Below are positions 50,281-60,571 of a stretch of DNA of 64,000 nt, one piece after another (positions within the stretch are counted from its first letter, which is position 1; every line of letters begins with the position of its first letter). The notes beneath the pieces are model-generated. The model saw only the letters and a list, made by a program, of their open reading frames with translations, was not told the DNA's origin and searched no databases. A program made the position numbers and the translations under genes. This DNA is from an uncultured Actinomycetes bacterium (GTDB lineage Bacteria > Actinomycetota > Thermoleophilia > UBA2241): assembly GCA_963709345.1 (NCBI GenBank), contig CAVPVX010000010.1, positions 173,788-237,787 of the forward strand, given 5' to 3'.

Positions 50281-51021
50281 TCAGTCCTGGGCGAGGCGGT
50301 GCAGCTTGTCGAAGCTCAGGATCTCGATGAGCTGGTGGTCGCCGCTCATGCGGATCACCTCGGCACGCTTGAGACGGTCGAAGGTCCGGCTCAGCGTCTC
50401 CGGCACCGTGCCGAGCCGGGCGGCGAGCTCGCGCTTGCTCGTGGGGAGGGTGATGACGCGCGGGCCTTCGGGCCGGGTGGCCGAGTCGCGTTCCGCCCGC
50501 GCCGCTCCCGCCGCCGGCTCGAGCTGCTCGTCGGCGCGCGCCAGCAGGTACCTGGCGAGGCGCGCCGGCACCGGCAGCAGCAGCTCCTCGACGCGCCGGT
50601 TCAGCAGCCCGAGGAGCTCGGCCATGGCGCCGATCAGGCTGACGGAGAGTTGTGGCTCGGCGACCAGAAGCTCGAGTGTGTCGTGCTTGTCGAAGCGGTA
50701 GACGAGGCATTCCGTCATCGTCTCTGTGCTTGAGGGGTACGTGTCATGGAACAAGGCCGCCTCGGCGAAGGTCTCTCCGGCTTCGACGTGGCGCACGCTC
50801 GCGCTGCGGCCGTCACGCAGGAGCTTGAAGACCTTGAGCCGTCCCTCGGCGAGCAGGTAGAAGGCGGTGGCGTGATCGCCCTGCATGAAGAGGGACGCAT
50901 CTGCGAGGAGGCGCTGCGGCTGCGCGATGGCGGCCAGCCGGGCGAGCTGATCGTCGTCGAGCTGCGCGAAGAGGGCGGCGGCGCGCAGGTCGGCGAGCGT
51001 ACGGTCCGGCGTGGAGTCCAT
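50281..51021 (-). CDS. Crp/Fnr family transcriptional regulator (Dnr/HcpR-like)
   Basis: cNMP domain (LF.QGD, G.LKV, GETFAEAA) and HTH LAARLGTVPETLSR; no FNR Cys cluster; TATACT-7nt-ATG. Confidence 0.9.
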   Translation of the reverse strand: MDSTPDRTLADLRAAALFAQLDDDQLARLAAIAQPQRLLADASLFMQGDHATAFYLLAEGRLKVFKLLRDGRSASVRHVEAGETFAEAALFHDTYPSSTETMTECLVYRFDKHDTLELLVAEPQLSVSLIGAMAELLGLLNRRVEELLLPVPARLARYLLARADEQLEPAAGAARAERDSATRPEGPRVITLPTSKRELAARLGTVPETLSRTFDRLKRAEVIRMSGDHQLIEILSFDKLHRLAQD

Positions 51022-51129
51022 GCCGGGGAGTATACCGGGCACGCGCGGCGCAGTCTGCGTGGCCTGTCGCTTCGCCGCGTGCACGGCGCCTCCGCAGCAC
51101 GTGCAGCGCCTCGCCGGTCGGCGGCGTTC

Positions 51130-52800
51130 CTACCCGGGAACACCACCGGTCAGGCCCGGGTCGGTCGGCAGCACGACGATCGCCGCCGGCCCCTCGACCG
51201 GGCACTTGTACTCGCAGATGCCGCAGCCGATGCAACGGCTCGCGACCACGGTGGGTCGAGACAGGTAGTTCTCCGCGCCGTCGGAGCGTGTGATCGGGCG
51301 GCGTTCGCTCAGCTCGATGGCTTTGTCGGACACGGGGCACATCTCCTCGCAGACGATGCACGGGGTGTCGGACGCCCAGGGCAGGCAGCGGTCGCGGTCG
51401 ATGACGGCGACGCCGAGCACCTGCCGGCGCTTCGCCGCCAGTGAGAGGAGAGGGATGGCGCCGGATGGGCACACCTGGCCGCAGGCGTTGCAGGCGAAGT
51501 CGCAGTAGCCGAGACGCGACTTGAGGACCGGCGTCCACAGTCCCTCCAGGCCGGCCTCCCCGAGGGCCGGCTGCAGGCCGGAGGTCGGGCAGGCCTTCAT
51601 GCACTCGCTGCAGCGCAGGCAACGCGAGAGGAGGCGCGCCTCGTCCTGGGCGCCCGGCGGCCGGATGAGGCCCGGGCGTTTGACCGCGCGCGCGACCCCG
51701 GTGCCGAGCAGGACGGCGGTCCCGAGGCCGGCCGCCGCCGCCAGGACCACCTCGCGGCGCCCCGGGTCGTAGGGCGCCCACGGCCCGGGACGGCGCGCCA
51801 CGCCGAAGGCCATGGCGCCAGGTCGCGGGCAGGCGACGAGACAGTCTAGGCACATGGTGCACTCGGAGCTCACGAGGCGCGCCGCCGGGGCGGCCGACGG
51901 CGCTTCACCTGCGCCCACACGCGTGGCTTCTCCGGCCGCCGCACCGGGGTCGAGCTCGATCGCCCCGACGCGGCAGGCCCGGGCGCAGGAGCCGCACGCG
52001 TCGCAGGCGTCGCCGACGACCGGGCGCAGCACCTGGACCTTGGACACGAGGCCCAGGAGCGCCCCGAGCGGGCAGAGGTACCGGCACCAGAAGCGGTCTG
52101 CCATGGCATTCAGCAGGACGACGAGGAGCAGGATCAGGAACAGGCCGACCGCCTGCTCGTACCGGGGCTGGATCGTCGGCAGGACGCTGCCGCGGAAGGT
52201 GTCCTCCACCCAGGTGACCAGGCCGACCGACGGTCCCCAGGTCATGCCGGCCCGCTGGAGCGAGTCCACGACGTAGACGAAGCCCGGGATGGCCGAGGTG
52301 GTCGCCGTTCGGGTGAGCAGCGAGAGCGGATCGAGCGCGAGCAACGTCAGGTTGGCCAGCGCCGCCAGGAGCACGATGGCCCCGAGGACGACGTACTTGA
52401 CGCGGCGGAGAGCCGCGGGCATGCGTCCGCCGCGCCGCCGCGCCGAGCGGAAGCGCAGCCAGCCGAGCAGCGTGCCGAGCGGGCAGATCCAGCCGCACCA
52501 GACGCGTCCCAGCAGAACCGTCAGCGCGACGGTGATCAGCGCGAGGCCGAAGGGCGGCAGCCAGGCGCGCGCCGCCAGCATGGTGGCGAGCGCGGCCAGC
52601 GGGTCAAAGCGGAAGAAGACGTTCGCGTAGGGGAGCGGGTCGATACGCTGCAGCCCCGCGAACAGCAGGTAGACGAACGCGACGAACGCGGCGACCTGGA
52701 CGGCGCGCCGGACCTGGCGGGCGGCGCGCCAGCCGCCCGTTCGCCGGCGTGTCGCTCCCGCTTCGTCCGGCCGGTTGGGGCTTCTGCTCTCGTGCACCAC
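51130..52800 (-). CDS. Membrane 4Fe-4S protein, NapH/MauN-NapG/MauM fusion type
   Basis: GRVWCGWICPLG, RFWCRYLCPLGA, IRPPGA, multiple CxxCxxCxxxCP motifs, CLPW, CIVCEEMCP. Confidence 0.88.
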   Translation of the reverse strand: MVHESRSPNRPDEAGATRRRTGGWRAARQVRRAVQVAAFVAFVYLLFAGLQRIDPLPYANVFFRFDPLAALATMLAARAWLPPFGLALITVALTVLLGRVWCGWICPLGTLLGWLRFRSARRRGGRMPAALRRVKYVVLGAIVLLAALANLTLLALDPLSLLTRTATTSAIPGFVYVVDSLQRAGMTWGPSVGLVTWVEDTFRGSVLPTIQPRYEQAVGLFLILLLVVLLNAMADRFWCRYLCPLGALLGLVSKVQVLRPVVGDACDACGSCARACRVGAIELDPGAAAGEATRVGAGEAPSAAPAARLVSSECTMCLDCLVACPRPGAMAFGVARRPGPWAPYDPGRREVVLAAAAGLGTAVLLGTGVARAVKRPGLIRPPGAQDEARLLSRCLRCSECMKACPTSGLQPALGEAGLEGLWTPVLKSRLGYCDFACNACGQVCPSGAIPLLSLAAKRRQVLGVAVIDRDRCLPWASDTPCIVCEEMCPVSDKAIELSERRPITRSDGAENYLSRPTVVASRCIGCGICEYKCPVEGPAAIVVLPTDPGLTGGVPG

Positions 52801-53035
52801 GACCGGGTCAGGCCTCGGGTCGTCTGCCGGCGAACCTCGAGCGGCCAGGCTCCCCGAGACCCGGGGCGCCGCTGCGTTCGTGGTCGCCGATTCGTCTGTG
52901 GTCGCCGGTCGCGCCGGTCATGACCTCGCCGGCGAGGCTACCCCGGAGCTCGGTGCGTGTGAGAGGCTCGCGTGCCATGGTCCACCCATCATGCCGCATT
53001 CCGGCCTCCATGGTACTCCCCGGCACGCGCGGTCT

Positions 53036-54713
53036 CTAATTGAGCGGAAGGCCGAACGTCCAGTGCTCCGCCAGCACGAACCCGGGGATCGCCTCCATGG
53101 TCGGGCAGAGCGCGGCCGGCATCTGGATCGCCAGCGGGAGGACCACCCGTCCCTGCGCGCGCGGGACCAGCGGCAGATCCGTGTCCTTCTGCACCACCAG
53201 GCGCAGGTCGTCCTGGTTCGAGAAGTAGAAGTCGTGGAACGCTTGCTTGTCGGCGGCGGACACGTCCGCCAGGTAGTCGACCATGGTCGCCGCAGTCGGA
53301 TCCACCGGGACCCAGCCGTAGTTGGGCAGGTAGAACTCGGCCCAGAAGTGACCGGCCGGCTTGCCGGAGAAGATCTGGAAGCCGCCTGCGGCGCGCGCAG
53401 GTATGCCGACGGCGCGGCAGAGGGCGGAGAAGTACATGCTCTGGGCGCCGCAGTCGCCGTACCTGTGCTCGTGAACGTACACCGACTCGGGCACGCCGCG
53501 CGGCCACATCGCGGGGTGCGGCATGTAGCTGTACTTCACACGCCGGAGGATGAACCTGTAGAGGCGCTGGGCGGCCAGGTACGGGTTGGTCTCGCCGGCC
53601 ACCACTCGCCGGGCGGTCCGGCGGATCGACGGCGTGATCCTCGTGTTCGCGCGCGACCGCGTGTAGCGGCGGTAGACGGCGCTGCTCTTGTCGTAGCGCC
53701 CGACACGGCGCGGATCGACCTTGAAGTACTGGGCGGCGTGCTTGAAGCCCACGCGGAAGCTCACGTCGAGGTCGCCGGAGAGTCGCTCCAGGGGAACGCG
53801 CATGTAGAGCAGGCCGATGGCCTGGTCCGTGCTCGGAGGGTAGCGCAGGTACGTGTCGGGCGTGATGTCGCTGATGACCACATCCGTCTGTGGCCCGGTG
53901 GTGATGGGGATCGGGAACCAGGCGCGCAGGATGCCGCTTGCGGGGAGCTCGTCGCGCGGTACTGTGAGCGTCTGGACGAAGTCGTACGCCCTGGGCTTGC
54001 CGTACTGCTGCCACGAGGGGGTCTCCGCGGCGACCGCAAGATAGGGGGCGAGCTCACCGTAGATAGTCTCGTACGCGGCGACCATCGCCGGCACCGTCCG
54101 GAAGAGCTCGACGTCGCGATACGCCAGGTTGATCGGGACGTCGCTGAAGTAGTGCACGACGCCGTCCCAGCGCATCCGCTCGGTGCTGGGGAGGTCGAGC
54201 CAGACGCGGCGCTGCGCTGCGGTACTGTCGGGGTAGGTCGCCTCGAGCTGCGCGAGCATCTCGGCGCGTGTCGCCGGGTACGTCCCGGTGATGAGGTAGA
54301 TGTCCTGGATGGCCGTGAGACAGGCGCGCGCCGGGCGCGGCGCGCCCGCTGTGGTGTAGAGGTCGCGGGCGCGGTCGTAGAGCGGCGGTCGCCCGCGTGA
54401 ACAGGTGTGCCTGCCGAGCGGTCCGGGCGCGCTTGCGCAGCGCGTCGGCGCGCGTCCGCGCGCTCGCGGCGCGAGAAGCGCTGAGCGTCGCGCCGGCCGG
54501 CGCCGGTCGCGCGGCCGGGTCGGCGGCGTCGAGGCCGGGTGCCGCCGCCGCGAGGTTCGGCGCCGAACCTTGCCCGAGGGCGCCCGTCGGGGGGCTCGCC
54601 AGCGTCAGCACCGCGAGCACGGCCAGAAGGGCGGTGATGGTCAAGGCCGCCGCTCGCCGCGCCAAGGGCCTCCGGAACACTGCGTCTCCCGAAACGTCGG
54701 AGTGGCGCGCCAT
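53036..54713 (-). CDS. Secreted transglutaminase-like domain protein, frameshift near 54385
   Basis: GDCGAQS, ALCRAVGIPAR, HFWAEFY..YGWVPVD; the signal-peptide part (ATG 54713, RBS GGGAGG) is in a different frame. Confidence 0.8.
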
Positions 54714-54865
54714 CGTCGGACCTCCCTCGTAGCCGGCGGCGTCCTCCCCTGTGGCGGCGCCGTCACTCTGGGTGTCGGTATCGCGACGGCGCCACTTTAG
54801 TCGAGGAAGCCGGAGGGTGGTGGTCGCCGCCCGTGACCGCCGCCGCTCTCGTCTACCATCCGCGG

Positions 54866-54991
54866 CGCTTGGAGATGCTCGCGAGGGCTACGAGGGAAGC
54901 CGGTGCAAGACCGGCGCGGACCCGCCGCTGTGACCGGGGACGAAAGCCGCACGAAGCCACTGTCGGCTCGCCGACGGGAAGGCGCGGCCGG
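54866..54991 (+). ncRNA. Cobalamin riboswitch, 3-prime truncated
   Basis: AGGGAA-GCCGGTGCAAGACCGGCGC..CCCGCCGCTGT, GCCACTG, GGGAAGGC; the downstream AGCCAGGA B12-box strand is missing; TACCAT upstream. Confidence 0.8.
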
Positions 54992-55297
54992 CTCGTCGTC
55001 TTCGCGGGGCTGCTCCCCGAAGCCGACCGCAGCGCACACGTCGGTCTTGACCGCATCCACTACTGCGAGCACACCGTGGTCGGCGCTTACGGGTGCAGCT
55101 TCCGCCACGGGGCGGACTCCCTCGATCTGCTCGGTAGCGGACGCCTGCATGTCGACGACCTGGTCAGCCACCGGCTGCCGCTGGCGGATCTCGACTGCGG
55201 CCTCGACATCGTCGCCCGGCGTACCGGCATGAAGGTTCACCTGTATCCGGAGCACGGCTCATCGCCGCGCTGCGTCGACCCGGACACACCATCCTGA
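54986..55297 (+). pseudogene. C-terminal fragment of a zinc-binding (MDR) dehydrogenase
   Basis: GRLVVFAGL, IHY.E..VVGAYG, LVSHRLPL, MKV; fused directly to the riboswitch, no N-terminus. Confidence 0.7.
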
Positions 55298-55325
55298 ATC
55301 GTCGACCTACTCCGAGAGGAATCAG

Positions 55326-55394
55326 ATGACCCCCGACGACTCCGCCCTGCGCGCCTTCGGCGCCGACGTCCAGCGCCTCATCGCCGGTGAGGAT
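55326..55394 (+). pseudogene. N-terminal stub resembling anthranilate phosphoribosyltransferase-like (TrpD-like) proteins
   Basis: RBS GAGGA, MTPDDSALRAFGADVQRLIAGED resembles the TrpD N-terminal helix, then switches abruptly into the PIN gene. Confidence 0.35.
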
Positions 55395-55800
55395 CGTCCT
55401 CGACACCAACGGACTCGTCTCGGCGCTGCTGTCGCCCTTCGGGTCGCCGGCACGGATCCTCAGCCTCGTCATCGCGGGAGTCGTCAGTTGTTGTGTGGAC
55501 GCGCGGATCGTTGCCGAGTACGACGACGTCCTGCATCGTCCTCGGCTCTCGATCGACCCGGTGAAATCGGCTTGCGTCCTCGAGGAACTCCGGTGGTCCG
55601 GAATGGCCGTAGCCTCCTTGCCGCTGCCCCCGGCCGCTCCCGGACCGTGACGACGATCAGTTCGTCGAGGTCGGGCTCGCCGGAGGAGCCCGCTGTCTGG
55701 TCACGGGCAGGCGGGCGCACTTCCCCGACGACCGCTGCCTCGGCCTGCCGGTGCTCTCGCCGGCCGAGATGGTCGGGGCCGTGCGCCGGTCGAGCGGGGC
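55387..55800 (+). pseudogene. PIN-family toxin (PIN_3-like), frameshifted
   Basis: MRIVLDTN.LVSALL, EY..VL.RP; PD.DD..F.E...GA..LVTG and V..P in the adjacent frame; end approximate. Confidence 0.7.
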
Positions 55801-55848
55801 GCGTCATGTCGCCGACGGCCATCCCTCTGCGCGGCGCCGCGCGGCGGA

Positions 55849-55878
55849 TTGACGCGCGCGTCGGGGCTGCGCTAGCCT
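55849..55878 (+). promoter_or_regulatory. Sigma70-type promoter of the cob operon
   Basis: TTGACG-18nt-TAGCCT immediately before riboswitch 2. Confidence 0.6.
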
Positions 55879-55883
55879 TGTCG

Positions 55884-56030
55884 GGCATCTCTCAGCTGCT
55901 GGGAAGCCGGTGCAAGACCGGCGCTGCCCCGCAACTGTAGGCGCCGACGAAAGCCGCAACAGAGCCACTGCCCTCTGGGTGGGAAGGCGCGGCCGGTAGG
56001 ACGAAGCGCGAGCCAGGACACCACGGCTGA
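55884..56030 (+). ncRNA. Cobalamin riboswitch (complete)
   Basis: GGGAAGCCGGTGCAAGACCGGCGCTGCCCCGCAACTGT, GCCACTG, GGGAAGGC, GAGCCAGGA; directly upstream of cobU. Confidence 0.92.
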
Positions 56031-56066
56031 GGGGTCACTGCGACAACGCCTCGAGGGAGGGCAGCG

Positions 56067-56831
56067 GTGGACACAGTTCACGACCGGTCCGTTCAGGGCT
56101 CACTCATGCTCGTCACCGGCGGCGCGCGCAGCGGCAAGAGCACGTACGCGGAGCGGCTCGCGGCGCAGCTGGCCGAGCCGCGTGGTGGCCGGGTGACGTA
56201 TCTGGCCACCTCCGAGACGCACGACCCCGAGATGGCGGCGCGGGTCGCGGCGCACCGCGCCGCGCGGCCCGCCGGCTGGACCACCGTGGAGTGCCCCCTC
56301 GAGGCGCCGGCGGCCGTGCGCGCGGCCGCCGGCGGCGCGGGTGCGCAGGGCGCCGGGTCCTCGAGTCCGTCCGGCGTCCCTCCCGTCGTCCTTCTCGACT
56401 GCGTCACCCTGTGGGTGACCAACCTGCTCTTCAGCGGTGGCGCCTTCGGCGGCAGCGAGCCGCCTGCCGACGGCTACAACTACGACAACGACCTGCTCCC
56501 GGCGGACGAGGAGCGCGCCGCCGCCGGTCGCGTCACGGCGGCCGTCGACGACCTCGTCGCCGCCGTCGCCGAGACCGGGGTCACGCTCGTCGCCGTGACC
56601 AACGAGGTCGGTCTCGGCGTCGTGCCGGAGTACCCGCTCGCCCGGCTCTACCGCGACCAGCTCGGCTGGGCCAACCAGCGCCTCGCTCGCGACGCCGACC
56701 GCGTCCTCTTTCTCGTCTCCGGCTTCGCCCTCGACGTCAAGGCGCTGGCCGCGGGATCGCCGCCGGCCGCCGGCGCCTCGCCTGACTCATCCTCCGACCT
56801 TCCCTCGTCACTCCCGAAGGAGCCCCAGTGA
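56067..56831 (+). CDS. cobU: Adenosylcobinamide kinase / cobinamide-phosphate guanylyltransferase
   Basis: LVTGGARSGKS, YLAT, D.EM..R...H...RP..W.T.E, LLDCVTLW..N, VTNEVGLG.VP, RD.LG.ANQ. Confidence 0.95.
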   Translation: MDTVHDRSVQGSLMLVTGGARSGKSTYAERLAAQLAEPRGGRVTYLATSETHDPEMAARVAAHRAARPAGWTTVECPLEAPAAVRAAAGGAGAQGAGSSSPSGVPPVVLLDCVTLWVTNLLFSGGAFGGSEPPADGYNYDNDLLPADEERAAAGRVTAAVDDLVAAVAETGVTLVAVTNEVGLGVVPEYPLARLYRDQLGWANQRLARDADRVLFLVSGFALDVKALAAGSPPAAGASPDSSSDLPSSLPKEPQ

Positions 56832-57914
56832 CCGACCTTCTGACCCGTACCATCGCCGCGATCGGTCCGCTCGACGCCGACGCGATGCGCGCCGCCGAAG
56901 CTCGCCAGATGCAGCTGACCAAGCCGCCGAAGGCGCTGGGCCGGCTTGAGACCTTGTCGATCCAGCTCGCGGGCATCCAGGGCGCGCCGTTCCCTGCGAT
57001 TCAGGACAAGGCGATCGCCGTGATGGCCGCCGACCATGGTGTGACGGCCGAGGGCGTGAGTGCCTTCCCCGCCGAGGTCACCCCGGGCATGGTGTTCAAC
57101 TTCGCCGCCGGCGGCGCCGCGATCAACGTGATCGGTCGCCACGTGGGTGCGCGGGTCGCGGTGACCGACGTGGGCGTCAACGCCGACCTGAGCGCGGCCG
57201 AGGGCGTGCGCCGGAAGAAGGTCCGCATGGGCACCGCCAACATGGCGCAGGGCCCGGCGATGACGCGGGAAGAGGCCGTGCGCTCGATCGAGATAGGTAT
57301 CGAGCTGGTCGAGGAGGAGCTGGCGAAGGGCCTCGACATCATCGCGACCGGCGAGATGGGCATCGGCAACACCACCCGGAGTCGGCCGTCGATCGCGGTG
57401 CTCACCGGCCAGCCCGGCGGCCGAGGTCACCGGCCGCGGCACCGGCATCGACGACGAGGCGCTGCGCCACAAGGTCAGCGTGGTCGAGCAGGCGCTCGCG
57501 CGTCAACCGGCCCGACCCGACGGACGCCTGGACGTGCTCGCCAAGGTGGGCGGGCTCGAGATCGGCGGCATCACCGGCCTGATCCTCGGCGCCGCCGCCC
57601 ACCGCATGCCGGTGCTGGTGGACGGCTTCATCTCCACCGCCGCGGCGCTCGCCGCCGTGCGCCTCTGCCACGAGTGCGTGGATTACATCCTGCCCAGCCA
57701 CGTGAGTATCGAGATCGGGCATCAGGTGGTGCTCGACGAGCTCGGCCTGGTGCCCCTCTTCGATCTGCAGATGCGGCTGGGCGAAGGCACCGGTGCGGCC
57801 CTGTCGATGAGCATCATCGAGGCCTCAGCCCGGATCCTCAGCGAGATGGCCACCTTCGAGAGCGCCGGCGTCGCCGGCGACCCGAACGAGGCCGACGCCG
57901 AGCTGGCGCGGTAG
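56828..57914 (+). CDS. cobT: Nicotinate-nucleotide-dimethylbenzimidazole phosphoribosyltransferase, frameshift near 57420
   Basis: [31 protein letters not shown]; second frame [27 protein letters not shown]. Confidence 0.9.
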
Positions 57915-57947
57915 CGGTAGCGGCGGAGCGGACGAGGCAGACGACCC

Positions 57948-58730
57948 ATGCTGCGGCAGCTGATATTGGCGGTGACCTTCCTCACCGGCATCCCGCTCAA
58001 GGTCGAGGGGGAGGTCAGCCCCGCCGACCTGTGGCGCAGCATGGGCTGGTACCCTCTGGTAGGCCTCGCACTCGGCGCCGCCGCGTGGGGCGTGTACGCG
58101 GGCCTGCTCGAACTGCTGCCGGGGCTGGTCGCGGCGACGCTCGTGGTGATCCTGCTCGAGGCCGTCACTCGTGGCCTGCACATGGACGGCCTCATGGACA
58201 CCGCCGACGGCATCCTCAGCGGCGCGCCGCGCGAGCGCGCGCTCGAGATCATGAAGGACAGCAACGCCGGCGCCATGGGTGTGGTCGCGGCGGTGCTCCT
58301 GCTGGTGCTGAAGGTCGCGGCTCTGGGCGCGCTCTCGCGCGCCGATGCGGCCGCGCCTCTGCTCGCCGGCTGGTGTGCGGCGCGGGCGCTGCCGGCGCTT
58401 GACGTGTACGCCTGGCCCTACGCCCGCGCCGCCGGCACCGGCGAGGCGTTCACGCGCGAGCGCTCGCTCGGGCCCGTACAGCTCGCCGCCGGGCTGCTCG
58501 TGGCGGGCGTGGTCGCCGCGCTCTTCGCCGGCAGCGCCGTCGGCGGGGCGGGCGGCTGGTACGCGGGCCTGGTGATCGCCGTCCTCTCGATGGCGGCCGC
58601 GCTTGCCGTCCAGGCCGCCGTGGCCAAGCGGCTCGGCGGCCTCACCGGCGACGTGTACGGCATGGGCATCGAACTCGCGGAGGCGGCGGCTCTGGTCGTC
58701 GGCTGCGCGCTCGTCGGGCTGGCGGCGTGA
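57948..58730 (+). CDS. cobS: Adenosylcobinamide-GDP ribazoletransferase (cobalamin synthase)
   Basis: FLT.IP, PLVG, GLHMDGLMDTADG, LEIMKDS..GAMG, GGLTGDVYG..E. Confidence 0.95.
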   Translation: MLRQLILAVTFLTGIPLKVEGEVSPADLWRSMGWYPLVGLALGAAAWGVYAGLLELLPGLVAATLVVILLEAVTRGLHMDGLMDTADGILSGAPRERALEIMKDSNAGAMGVVAAVLLLVLKVAALGALSRADAAAPLLAGWCAARALPALDVYAWPYARAAGTGEAFTRERSLGPVQLAAGLLVAGVVAALFAGSAVGGAGGWYAGLVIAVLSMAAALAVQAAVAKRLGGLTGDVYGMGIELAEAAALVVGCALVGLAA

Positions 58731-58770
58731 TGACGCCGGACTCCCCCGCACGGCACTCGAAGGAGCGCGC

Positions 58771-59605
58771 ATGAGGCTCTATCTCGTCCGCCACGGCCAG
58801 TCGACCGGCAACATCGGCGGGACGCTGATGGGCCAGAGCGACCACGTGCTGACGCCGCTCGGCGAGCTGCAGGCGCGCGCGGCCGCGGACCACCTCGCTC
58901 CCTACGGCCCCATGCGTGTGTACCACAGCGACCTGCCGCGGGCGCGGGCGACGGCCGAGCGCATCGTCGCGTCGTGGCCGGGCGGCGAAGCGGTGGCCTC
59001 CCTCGTGCCCGACGAGCGCCTGCGCGAGATCCACCTCGGCGACTACGAAGGCCGTCCGTGGCAGGAGTTCGAGGCCGACATGGAGCTCACGGCCGCCTTT
59101 GCCGCCGACCCGTACTACACCGTGCTCCCCAACGGCGAGTCGCTGGCCCAGCTGGAGACCCGCGTCCACGCGGCGGTCTGTGACGTCCTGGCGGAGCACG
59201 GGATGGACGACAGCGGTGCGCTCTGCGCCAACGCGGTCGCGAACGCCGACGCCGGCACACCCGCTCACGCTGTCCCCCGGCTCCGTCGCCGCCGGCGGAG
59301 CCGCCACGGCGAGCGGTGAGGCGTGTCCGGCCGGCACTGTCGATCCCAGCGCGGTCGCGACCGGGCGCGTTGCACCCGAGCATCGGGGCCGCGCCTGCAT
59401 CGTCGCTCACGACGGCCCGATCCGCGCGATCCTGAACCACTACCTGGGCGTGCCGCCGCAGAAGTGGTGGACGTTGTCCACCACCCACGGCGGCGTCTCT
59501 CTGCTCGAGTTCGCCGACGGGTGCGTGAGCATCCGCTTCATCAACGCGACCGCTCATCTCGCCGGGCTCGAGGCGGACACCTACGTCCCCGCCGCCGACG
59601 GCTGA
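58771..59605 (+). CDS. cobC: Histidine phosphatase (alpha-ribazole phosphatase-like), frameshift near 59270
   Basis: LVRHGQS, SDL.RA..TA, LREI..G.YEG, GES; HDGPIR in the next frame. Confidence 0.75.
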
Positions 59606-59625
59606 GCGCTGCGCGGCCGTCCGGA

Positions 59626-60570
59626 ATGATCTTCGTCCCGCATGATTGGCGGCTGGCCCTTGCCACGGTGCTTCTCGCAGGGGTGATCGACGTTGTCGTC
59701 GGCGAGCCGCCGAACTCTCTGCACCCGGTCGTCTGGATGGGCCGACTGATCGGCGCCCTCTCCGGGCGCCGCCCGCACGACCGGCCGCGCGCCGAGTTCG
59801 CGTACGGGGTACTCATCGTCCTGGTGACGGCCGGGACGGCCTTCGCTACCGGCGTCCTCCTCACGTTCGCGTTCGGCCTGCTGCCGTGGTGGCTGGCGCT
59901 GCCCGTCGCTGCGTATGCGCTGAAGACGACGTTCTCGCTCCGCGGGCTTGTGCGCGCGGGGCGCGACGTCCAGCGCGCGCTGGCGAGCGACCCTGCGCGG
60001 CCCGCACGAGCCTCGCCGCGCTGGTCAGCCGCTCACTCGACCGGGAGCCCCCGCTGATCGTCTCGGCAGCGGTGGGGTCACTGGCCGAGAACCTCACCGA
60101 CAGCGTGGTCTCGCCGCTGCTGTACTACGCCTTGTTCGGCCTGCCCGGGGCGCTGGCGTACCGGGCCGTGAACACCATGGACGCGATTGGCTACCGCGAC
60201 GAGCGTGAGTTCGTGGGCAAGGCGGCGGCGCGCGCCGACGACGGCGCCAACTGGCGCTACCGACTGCACGGCGCTGCTCCTCGTCGCGGTGTCTGTGGTG
60301 AAGGGACGGCGCGCCGCGCCTGGTGGGCGTTTCGCACGCAGCATCTGCCCGAGTACGGGCCGAACAAGACGCTGGCCATCGGTACCATGGCCGGAGCCCT
60401 CGGCGTGCAGCTTCGCAAGCCGGGGGTGTACGCGCTGGGAACTGCCGACAGGCCGCTCACGGCCGCCGTCATCGGTGACGCCGCCGTGCTCGTGTGGGTG
60501 GCCGGCGGCGTGACCATCGTCGCCGCGGCCGGTCTTGCCGCGGCGCTCAGCTGGGCGTTCTGGGATCTAC
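59626..60570 (+). pseudogene. cbiB: Adenosylcobinamide-phosphate synthase CbiB, frameshifted
   Basis: [55 protein letters not shown]; end approximate, no clear stop. Confidence 0.8.
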
Positions 60571-60571
60571 C

